A stretch of DNA of 63,993 nt, counting the filler, from Bonamia ostreae (lineage: Eukaryota), in assembly GCA_040357525.1 (NCBI GenBank). It is 20 parts of 20 records of this genome, joined end to end, with 100 filler letters (N's around TTAATTAATTAA, not from the genome) between each part and the next. Parts side by side here need not be neighbours in the genome. Positions count along the whole stretch, not along the records: positions 1 to 3,155 come from JBDODL010000570.1; positions 3,256 to 6,408 come from JBDODL010000571.1; positions 6,509 to 9,660 come from JBDODL010000572.1; positions 9,761 to 12,902 come from JBDODL010000573.1; 16 more parts are not named here. One strand, given 5' to 3'. The notes below the pieces were generated by a model. That model saw nothing but the letters and a program-made list of their open reading frames with translations. It was not told the DNA's origin and did not search any database. Below, in pieces: positions 1 to 9,880 of the stretch; the stretch's first letter is position 1, and each line of letters opens with the position of its first letter. The position numbers and the translations under genes are program-made.

Positions 1-32
1 TGTCAAAAAATTTCAAAAAATTTTGGATAAAG

Positions 33-895
33 ATGGATTTCAGTCTAAATGTGCGGAAAAACGAAGAAATCGACCGATTGCAAAGAGACGAAAGAAGATA
101 CGCTTCGAAGATAGTCCAGAAAATAGCCAAAACAGGATGCAATGTCCTTTTGGTGCAGAAGTCGATCATCAGAGACGCGCTCAGTCCGCTTTCGCTCCAT
201 TTTTTGGCGAAGAAAAGAATAATGGTCGTCTCCGACATTGAACGAGATGACATTCAGTTCATCGCAAAAGTTCACCTTTTTGACGAAAGAGCTTAAATTT
301 GCGTCCGATTGCTTCGGTCGACGACTTCGTCTCCGACAAACTGGGCAGCGCGGAGATCGCAGAAGATGAGCAGACAGCGAACGGCGCCATCGTCTCCATC
401 CGCGGGATTCGGAAACAGCGATCTGCTTCCGTCCTCCTCCGCGCCTCCAGCAAAATCGTCCTCGACGAAGCGCACCGCTCGTTCCACGACGCTCTCTGCG
501 TCGTGCGCTGTCTCGTCCGCGTCCCGCGCACGATTCCCGGCGGCGCCGCTGCCGAATCCGAGATCGCCTTCCGGACGCGCCAACTCGCCGAGTCGCTCGA
601 AGGCGCCGACGCGATGTGCGCGAAGGCGTTCGCGGAGGCGATGGAGGCGGTTCCCTTCACCTTGGCGGAGAACTGCGGGCTGAAGCCGTTGGAGATCATC
701 GGAGAGCTGCGAGAGCAGCACGAGAAGGGCGAAGGGCGAATGGGCATCGACGTGCGGAAAGGGAAGGTGGGCGACATGGAGAAGGCGCGGGTGTTGCAGC
801 CTGCTTTGGTGAGTCTGAGGGCGGTGGCACTGGCGACGGAGTGTGTGCGGATGGTCCTGAAGATCGACGGAATAGTTCAGACGGCGAGAGATTAG
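33..895 (+). CDS. CCT4: Chaperonin CCT/TRiC subunit delta, 5'-partial; 20-nt intron 270-289
   Basis: Motifs GCNVLLVQKSIIRDA, DEAHRSFHDALCVVRCLV, PGGAAAE, LATECVRMVLKID. Removing GTTCACCTTTTTGACGAAAG joins FIAK to SLNLRPIAS in frame. Confidence 0.95.
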
Positions 896-1162
896 TAAAT
901 CTGTTGTTGTTCCATCAATTTTACATTTTTTTTATTTTTTTGGTCAAAATGTTCTATTTTTATCATTTTTTGGTCAAAATGTTCTAATTTTGGCCAATTT
1001 TATTTTGTTTGAAACAATCGATTAACAAAAATCAGCAGAAACAATAAAAATGACTTCCACCGATCGAACACTAAAAAGAAAAAATCTGCGCCATTAAAAA
1101 TCGGCTAAACCTTTAAAACAAAAGCTAAATTCGATTATATAAAAATTTTCAAAACAACAAAA

Positions 1163-1641
1163 ATGAACAAAAGTTTTCTGAGTACAAAAGATGCTTTAAA
1201 ACAAGACATTAAAGGCGATTTGACAGAAAATCTTTTAAACAAAATTTCGTCTCTCGAAATCAGTGACATCGAAACCGCTGTCAGACAAGTTACAAAAATT
1301 TTATTTTCCAAAAATCTTAATTCTGAAAAATAAGCGAAAATTGGACGAATTGGAAATAAAGAAGAATTTGCTATCAAAAATTTACGGCGACCATTTCTTC
1401 AATACAATTGACAACGAATTGGTTTCAATGACAAAAAAAATTGCAACAAAATTTTTATTAAAAAATTGCAAAAAAGAAATTTTTTTCGGCGGCGAGCAGA
1501 TTGCCCGGTTTGAAACAAAGTTATTTTGGTCTTGACATCTTGCTAAATTTGGACGAAGATATTGATTTCGACGATATCAACGAAAAAGATATCGTCGAAA
1601 CTTCCAAATTCGATTTGAAAGAGGAACTTGAAAAGCTTTAA
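1163..1641 (+). CDS. UMP1: Proteasome maturation factor UMP1/POMP-like, two introns
   Basis: Spliced translation gives ...KIYGDHF...SRLPGLKQSYFGLDILLNLDEDIDFDDI..., matching the UMP1 C-terminal pattern. Not visible as one ORF in the track. Confidence 0.7.
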
Positions 1642-1877
1642 TAAATTTATTGCTATTTTTGATTTCATTTGGCAAAAATTTTGTTTCGCCAAAAATTGTT
1701 TCTGTTTTTAGGCGGAAATTGAGTTATTATAATTTACAAAACTGTTTTAAAAATCCCCAATTTGCAATTTTCCATTTTTTCATGCAAAAAAATTAGAAAA
1801 CAAAATGTCCCGAAAAATAAAATTTAAATAATTTTATTAAAAAAATATCCTGTTCAAAAAATATTAAAATCGGAAAC

Positions 1878-3155
1878 ATGAAAATGATTCCGTTGCTCAT
1901 TTCTTTCTTTTTGCTGTTGACAAAAAGAAAAACGAACAGTTGCAATGTAACAAATGCCTATTTCTGTTTGTCGACGCGTTTCTATAACGGAGACTCTCAA
2001 CAAACGGAGCTCATTGATCGTGTGAAAAAATATTTTGAAGAAAACTCTGAGAATTTTGTCGATTTTATGAACAATCAAAGCCAAACTCGGTTAACGGCCA
2101 ACAAATGTATGAGAGATTCGATTTTGAAGTATAAAAACAACCAAATGAACAGATTGGATGTGATTTTTTATTTTTACGAAGACGTTGACATTGAGATAGT
2201 CAAAAATTCTGTTGAGAATGGATTTGTACCTTTGACCATGGTACAGTATGGGCCCATAAAATCTCCTGAAGAGTATAAGGAAATATTATGCAGTTTTTTG
2301 TTTGTTAAAAATTGTCTTTTATAAAGATACGCCATTAAAATGCTCCAGACCAATTATAAATCATCCCTCTTTGGACCAAAGTTCCTTGTCACAATGCGAA
2401 AACACAAAGTTATTTCATACTTGCGATATAAAATGTGCCCCGAAGTACAAACTAGTTAATAAAATCTTTTGTGATTTATCGAATGAATGGAGTTTTGATG
2501 AAAATGATTGTGAAAAATGTTTTTCAATTTGACTAATTTGCAATAACACATAAAAAATAGTACAATGCGAACCATTGTTAATCGAAAACTCGGAAAACGG
2601 ATTACTTCAAAACGTTCAAGTTGACACTGCCATCGACATCAAATGCAGAAGCAATTTTCTCTTATATGATTTTGACGAACCTTTAACTTGTGAATACGAC
2701 CAGTTCGATATAGAAAAAGGTAAATGGAGCAATATTCCATTTTGTGTCAACAGTTTTAACAAAACACCCCCTTTAAAAGAAAAATGCTCCCCTCTCACTA
2801 TTGAAAACTCTTCAAATGCTTTTAATTTGGATTATTATACTGTCGGATATGGGCTAATCGTCGAATGCGTCAACGGCTATGAACCATCTTTGAAACCGAA
2901 AGACAATAGATTTCCGATTGTTACAGAATGCGTCATTGAAATAACGAATATGAAGCCGGGAGAGCCAACTTGGAAGAATGTTGTTGCGTGTGAAAAAAGC
3001 GATGTTCTGAAATGCGGCATTTTTGAAATACCTCATTCAAACTTTGCGTCTGTAGTAGTGCATTATGAGATTGAAACAATTTTGACTGTAATTTGTGATG
3101 AAGAATATGAATTGTCTGACGCAAATTTGATGTCGATCAAATGCGGTGTCGAAGG
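1878..3155 (+). CDS. Secreted or surface protein with tandem sushi/CCP modules, 3'-truncated
   Basis: Hydrophobic N-terminus MKMIPLLISFFLLL. Repeated C..P.I.NS...C..GY...C...W...C modules. GT-AG introns near 2293 and 2519. Confidence 0.75.
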
Positions 3156-3255
3156 NNNNNNNNNNNNNNNNNNNNNNNNNNNNNNNNNNNNNNNNNNNNT
3201 TAATTAATTAANNNNNNNNNNNNNNNNNNNNNNNNNNNNNNNNNNNNNNNNNNNN
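3156..3255. other. Artificial contig linker (first of 19 identical linkers)
   Basis: 44N-TTAATTAATTAA-44N. Recurs at 6409, 9661, 12903, 16143, 19382, 22620, 25857, 29093, 32325, 35553, 38779, 42004, 45227, 48448, 51667, 54884, 58096 and 61305. Confidence 0.99.
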
Positions 3256-3558
3256 TTTTGATTGTGTTTAGTTAATTTCTTTTACATAAAAACGTGATCC
3301 CTTCCAATTTTTAAAACGTGACCAATTTTTAAAAACTGATTGGAAAATGTAGTACATCAAAAACATCGCGATCTCTTCTTTGGAATTTTATCTTTTGTCA
3401 TGCACCTTTGAATGTCTGTGCTATTTGGCACAAATGAAGATTTCTCTTCCTGACTTACACAACACTAAGAAACCAGTAAATAGAAAACTTGTGGGACTTG
3501 AAGGATAACAATACAATTTCAAATGATTCGCAATAGAGAATAAGTTTAAACCTAATAT

Positions 3559-4676
3559 TTAATCAATCTTCCTCTTTAAATAAGTCCCGTCCATTTCCTC
3601 TTTTGGTGGAGCTTTAAAAGTGCCAAATAGCCAATCGAAAACGATAAAGTACTGTCCGTAGTTATAATTGAATTTGGCGTGGTGCAAAGAATGATTAGCA
3701 GCCCCGTTAATTAATGTCAACCTGTTAAAATATATCATGTCGTGAATCGATATAGTCCAACAATTTACGAAGACGAACAGAGAGACGTAGAGTCTTTTGT
3801 GGAGTGGAAACAAGTAGACGAAAATGTGATATGGCAAACTCTTAGATGTTAAGTTTAAAACTTGAAGCCATCCGTCGACTGGGTGAAAAGCATGCGAAGC
3901 GAAAGGACTCATTATGTCGACAAAGGCGTGATGGTTTTTATGGATATAACCGTACAGTTTTCTTGTGTGAAGTGTTCTTTTTTCGTGTAAATTTTATAAA
4001 TTTGGTGTTTGATAGAATTAAAAATATTTAAAAATGTATCGTTTGCCCAAATGTTAAGATTTGATTCAGTTAAAACCTGTGTATCCAATAAATACAAAAA
4101 TCACTGAACAGAATAAACCAAAAAATTGAGAAGAAGAAATAAAAATAGCCGTATTCTGAGATTTGAGAATAAAGTTTAGAATGTCCTCTTACTTCGGGAA
4201 GTATAACTGGAACAGTTAACACTACAATTTAAAGTTGTTTATTAAAACTAAAATAGTAAAAAACATGACATAAAAGGGATACTGCCAAGAGCAGTTTCTA
4301 TTTCCTTCCTTAAATTCGGTTGCTTGTCGTTGTAGCCGAAAAAATAATCATGATATAGATATCGAAATATAAAGTAACTAGATCCAGCAACAGATAAATA
4401 GAGAGAGGCACCGCCAAGAAAAAACAACAAATAAAGAGATAATATTTGTTTTGGATACGTATTCGCTTGAAACCATTCTAAAAGTTTTTAACAATATATG
4501 TTACCACCGATAGAAATAAAAAATATAAATCATAAAAATCTATTAATTGCCATTCTGTTGTTAATTAAAAAATTTTTCAAAATAACCAAATTAAAAATAT
4601 AAAAACTGTTCGGAAGTAAAAAATAAAAATAAGGATCCAGAAAATAATGATCGAATCTTTCAACTAACAAATCCAT
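3559..4676 (-). CDS. ERG3: Sterol C5-desaturase (lathosterol oxidase), multi-exon
   Basis: N-terminus MDLLVERFDHYFLDPYFY. His boxes YWIHR, YIHKNHH, HSLHHAKFNYNYGQYF, plus SPFASHAFHPVDG. Confidence 0.9.
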
Positions 4677-4969
4677 TGCAACCCTTTAAATTTTTCGTGG
4701 CACTTTTTTTAAAGATTTGTTAATTTATTAAAATAGAATTATAGCTATTTTATTTGGACTGTTTTAATATAAATAAAAGTTATTTTTCTCGTTTAACATT
4801 CCTTTATCGATTTTATATTAATGGAAAAGTTACTGAATATTAGTCAAATTTTATATTTAATTGATATTTTGTAAAAAACTGAGTTTAATAATAACAACAA
4901 AAAATTATTTTGTTAATTATCTAGAAAAAAAACTTTTTAATAAAAATTTGTCAATGGTATACAAATTAT

Positions 4970-5143
4970 TTAATATGTTAATTCTTCGTCTTTCCCTTTG
5001 TAGTCATTTATAATTTGATCCAGATGATAATATTTTATTCCGCAAAACTCATTTCTATTATTCAAACAACACATGAACATGATTACACCATAAGACGATG
5101 TAGCAGACAAAATAACCATTATAAGTATTCCGATTTTTGGCAT
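4970..5143 (-). CDS. Small single-TM protein, microprotein family member 1
   Basis: MPKIGILIMVILSATSSYGVIMFMCC...YYHLDQIINDYKGKDEELTY; C-terminus resembles two neighbouring genes. Confidence 0.6.
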   Translation of the reverse strand: MPKIGILIMVILSATSSYGVIMFMCCLNNRNEFCGIKYYHLDQIINDYKGKDEELTY

Positions 5144-5418
5144 TTTCCAAAATTTTTTCACAACTATTATTTTTAAACTCCAAATAGATTCGCTAATATT
5201 TAATATTATTTTTTTACAAATTTTTTAGTTTTCAATATACAGACAAAATTAAAATAACGAACGTATATTTAAAAATAGAATTTATTCAAATTATTCTGCT
5301 ATTTTTCTTCTTCGCGGGAATTTATATGTAATTATTCTTTTATAGAATATTTTATAAATTCTTTCCTTATTTGAATAAATCTAATTTATATATAAAAATT
5401 ATTAAAAGCGTTTGGAAA

Positions 5419-5609
5419 ATGTCATTCGAACTTATTGCTATTGTTTTTTTTAATTATATAAGATAATGATGCTTTTAGTAACATTTGTGTTTTTCTATGC
5501 AATCGGTGCGCATTTGTGCTATATTAAAGTTGTAAAGAGAAAACAATTTGCTCAACTGGATAAAATCATAAAGAAATATAAAATAGAAAATGAAGAGATA
5601 AGATATTAA
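5419..5609 (+). CDS. Small single-TM protein, family member 2; 20-nt intron 5443-5462
   Basis: Spliced: MSFELIAI|IMMLLVTFVFFYAIGAHLCYIKVVKRKQFAQLDKIIKKYKIENEEIRY*. Confidence 0.65.
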
Positions 5610-6015
5610 ATATTAATTTGAGTATTAAAAATATTTTTAAATAATTTAAAGTTCAACATTTTTCATTATCTGGAGTATATTTTTTGTTTGGGTTTCATTT
5701 TCCTTCTTTTTTGTTCCTTGTAGTTTGAAGACAACCCAATCATTCTTTTGTTCTCACTTTTGTTCACAATCTTTGCCGTCTGATAAACTTACAAGGCGAA
5801 TAAAAACTTTTGTACATTATTTTTATCATTTTCCTCATTTTTTCTTCAATAAATCTTTTGCATATTTTATCATTCAACTTATGAACATAAAATATTTGAC
5901 ATAAAATATTAAATAAAAAATTTCAATCGGATGAACAGTCGAGGCATTGATGTGGATTAAAAAAATATGAGCCAAGAATTTATGTTTATATATGACGTAA
6001 AATATTTTCAATAAT

Positions 6016-6200
6016 TTAAATATCATATTCCTCTTGTTCTTGCCTATATTTTTCGATAATTTTCTCAAGTTCAACAAATTGATTTCCGAAAATCTCATTT
6101 TCACATTTAAAGTCACAAAAAAGTAAAAAAAGATAATTGATACAACAATAATCCACACAAACTATTTTATAAAAACAGTAGTCATTGAAATAGCAGACAT
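6016..6200 (-). pseudogene. Family member 3; TM segment and conserved tail in different frames (poly-T frameshift or consensus error)
   Basis: Tail frame CDFKCENEIFGNQFVELEKIIEKYRQEQEEYDI* matches members 1 and 2. The TM VWIIVVSIIFFYFF is one base out of frame with it. Confidence 0.45.
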
Positions 6201-6508
6201 TTTCTATCTACAATAATAAATTTATTTTATTAATTTCTAAAACTATAAATTTAATTTTTAAGATATTTTATTTTTTTATAGAAGTTAATCACCCACTCAA
6301 AGAAGATTGACAGACTATGGTTTGACTAAAATAGCAAAAGATTTTAATATGTGATTTCCTCGTATTCCTGCTGTCTATAATTTTCAACAATTTCGTCCAG
6401 TCCAACACNNNNNNNNNNNNNNNNNNNNNNNNNNNNNNNNNNNNNNNNNNNNTTAATTAATTAANNNNNNNNNNNNNNNNNNNNNNNNNNNNNNNNNNNN
6501 NNNNNNNN

Positions 6509-7175
6509 TTTCTTACGAAATGACCCTTCGAATTATCGACAATTATTACAGAGATTTCTTGACTGGTAACATACAAGATTCACTTCCCTTGGCAAAGTTC
6601 GCCATGAAGATCGTCGAAAAAGCTGATAAAGAGCTTTACAAACATCTTGATGAAAATTGTATCGATGAAACAATGATTTTGCCGTGGATAATGACATGGT
6701 TCAGTCAAAATAAAAGTTCGTTGACTGTCATTTGGAGAGTTTTTGATTTTATCATTAAAAACAATCTCGTCATGCCTTATTACATCGCTGCACAGAAAAT
6801 ATTAACGAATAGAAGCAATCTTATGACGGCTGAATGGATTCATACTGCGATGAAAATGATTTCATCAGTTTTTTCTTTTTATTTAAAAGGCTCCTGAGAC
6901 GAAAAGAATCCTTACGGAGAGCAAAAAACTTTTTAAAAAAATTCCGCCATCTAAAGTATTAGAACTGATGAAAAATGACGGTATAGTTATTGACACGTTT
7001 TAAATAACAAATTTAAAGTAAGTCTCGATTGGCGACTAATATAGAAAAAGTGAAGTTGGCTGAACCCAAAAAAGGTTGCTGCAAAAATAAGTACATTTTA
7101 ATCGTGTTCTTATTTGGAATTTCGATGTTGGTCTTACTTTTGATGTTAGTGGATGAAATTTTTAATATTTATTAA
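6509..7175 (+). CDS. Rab-GAP TBC-domain protein (TBC1D20/Gyp8-like), 5'-partial, C-terminal TM
   Basis: YYRDFL, ADKELYKHL, LPWIMTWFS, WRVFDFII, MPYYIAA; tail ILIVFLFGISMLVLLLMLV; two mini-introns. Confidence 0.8.
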
Positions 7176-7449
7176 ACTGACTTTTTATTAAATTGTTTTC
7201 GTTTTTATAATTGTAATAAACGTAATTAATAGTTTCGTTGTGTTTTTACCCAAAAATCATTAATTCTCCGCCTCATCTACGATGAACCAATAATTATAAT
7301 GATTAATTTGTACATAAATATGTAAATATTTTTAGTATATACCAATAAATATAATAAATATTTTTAGTATTCACCAATAATATGTACATCTTTGGGTTTA
7401 TTTGAATTCCAATACATATAATCAAGTAAACAAACCACAAATTTTCCAA

Positions 7450-8715
7450 ATGAGTTTTTTCGATTTTAGAACACCCACAGAAAAATTTGACGCAGCTCTA
7501 ATCGATTTATATGATTTGCAGTATCATGAAGGCATGAACCTTTTGGAACTTAAAGAAATTGGAAGAACGAGTGGCTTTGGAAGTAAAAAATCAACAACAA
7601 GGAGTGCATCCTACAAATTAATCTTGAAATTAGACAGAAAAGATCGAGACCTTCCTTCTTGGAATAACAAAGAAGTGGAATCAGTTCAAATTGATGTAGA
7701 ACACCAAGATGACGTTGCTAGCAGAGCGTTTAACTTCGAGGAAAATGAACGTTTCTTCAAAGATGATAAAGACTTGTTTTTAGTCGATAATTATTTATCA
7801 AAATCTCTCGAATTTGTATGTTTTGAATTTTTAGAAAATTAAGGAGCATCTAAAGAATAATATTTTAATAGGGATGATGCGAGAACGAAAGTGACTTCAA
7901 TGATTCGCAGAATTTTATTATCTGAAGATATGTACGATATTGAATATAATCGCCATATAATAGACGTTTATTGCTTTTTTTATGTTGTATTCGATGACGA
8001 AATAGAAACTTATAATATGTTGATGAAATTTCTAAGGGATTTCTACGGAATTTTGTTGTTAAATAGACAAACATACAAAACTAATTACCATGTGAGCATC
8101 TTAAAGAATGTATTAAGGCAAGTAGACAGTAGCTTGTTAGCTTTTTTAGAAAATAATTTTGACAACTTTGAGTTCTTTGATGATTACTTATTAAAATTAC
8201 CTGGAAAAACTTTGGAACAAATGATGCGGCGCTTTGATTTTGTGGTTTCGACCGATTTTAACGTCGCGTATTATATTTTAGCTGTGGTTTTTAAATATAA
8301 AGATTTGATCTTGTTATTTCAAAGTTTTAATCTCTCCATATTTGATAAAATATCATTTAAAATACGACATTAACAATATATCTTTGAAACTTTTAAAAAA
8401 TACTTTTAACTATATTTTTTATTGTCTTTGGAAATTCATATTTAACATATAAATTAAACAACCAGTTTGTTATTAGAAATTTTTTGTGACGATAAAAAAT
8501 AAATATAGAAGTTAAGAAAGCATAAAGAAATGATTATGGACAATACAATGGATTTAGTTTACAGTATGAATCACGCTTTGGATGAAGCAGAAGATGTAGA
8601 ACTGTGGGAAGTTGCGTGGAATGAATTTAAAAATCACAATGGAGATAAAACCACAGAATCTATGATGCCTTTTAGGAAACAAGATGATGTCTCTATTAAA
8701 TACAACTTCTATTGA
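7450..8715 (+). CDS. Divergent TBC-domain paralog
   Basis: GFGSKKSTTRSASYKLIL, QDDVASRAF, FLRDFY, VDSSLLAFL, RRFDFVV. Confidence 0.55.
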
Positions 8716-9880
8716 CATTTTCGCATTAATTATGTGTGAATTATTTTAAATAGTTAATCTGCAAACGTTCTATATTATATTAACTATTGACTTTATGCTT
8801 ATCTCTTCAAACTTGACTTCAATACATAAAATCGAAATTTTAATTTTCAAACTTAACCTTTATCTACCACATATAAAATATTTAGATTCTCTTTATTATG
8901 TTTTTAATTTTCGACTCACCAAAATGAACCGATCGAGGAGGGAAATGATTAAATCAAATATTTAAATTTTGAATAGTTTGCTCATGATAATATGAATGTA
9001 CATAGTTCTTAATTTTTTGGTTCTGATGGCTTTTTGTACGGTTGAATTTCTGGATTTAGCAAATTTAAATCAATAAATTTTAAATAAAAATTTAAATAAA
9101 GCGATATTTGAAATTTAAGCGACGCTTTTAAAATTTAAATTTAAGCGACGCTTTTAAAATAAAGCGACGCGCAGAATCTTCTGGAATTGAAAAGAAATCG
9201 ATTCTGTTAACAGAAGAAAAAACAAAAACGAGTAATCAAATAAAAATAATGTCAATAGAAGTTTCATTTTGAACAAATTTTATTGAAAAAAGTATAAAAT
9301 TATCATTCATTTTTCTTTAGAAATTGATTTTTTCGTGGAGGTTTCGGTTTTTCTATTTTGTTGAAATTTTTGATTACTGCAAATCGTTTATTTATAGTTT
9401 CGAAATCAATTAAAAATGTAATTTTGAAAGCTGAATTTTAACCAAATTTTAAAAAAATCAAATCACTGCCCATTTTCTCTTCCATTTCGTCGTTTTCGCA
9501 TTCACAATCTTTCGTTTTTTCAGATTCTTCCCTTTTCTTCTTTTTTCTTTTTTTCTTTTTCCTTTTTTTCTTTTTTCGATGTTTTTTCACATTTCCGTCA
9601 CCTTCTTTATTTTCACTGTCGTCTAATTCTTCTATTTTACCCAAATTTTTATCTTCTTCCNNNNNNNNNNNNNNNNNNNNNNNNNNNNNNNNNNNNNNNN
9701 NNNNTTAATTAATTAANNNNNNNNNNNNNNNNNNNNNNNNNNNNNNNNNNNNNNNNNNNNGAAAACTTTTGTTTTTTGGCGATTGCAATTTTTTTATTTT
9801 GAAAACTTTTGTTTTTTGGCGATTGCAATTTTTTTATTTTGAAAACTTTTGTTTTATGAGCAATTGGAATTTTGAAAATT

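Noticed and set aside
259-987. Long overlapping and antisense ORFs over CCT4
   Set aside because: By-product of locally high GC (few stop codons); no recognisable motifs.
3200-3211. TTAATTAATTAA recurring about every 3.2 kb
   Set aside because: It is always centred in an N-run of fixed length: a synthetic six-frame-stop linker, not a biological repeat.
6162-6176. 15-nt intron GTTTTTATAAAATAG in microprotein member 3
   Set aside because: Shorter than any supported intron here, a comparable 15-nt option is skipped in mt-RF1, and the gene is frameshifted anyway. Not accepted without RNA evidence.
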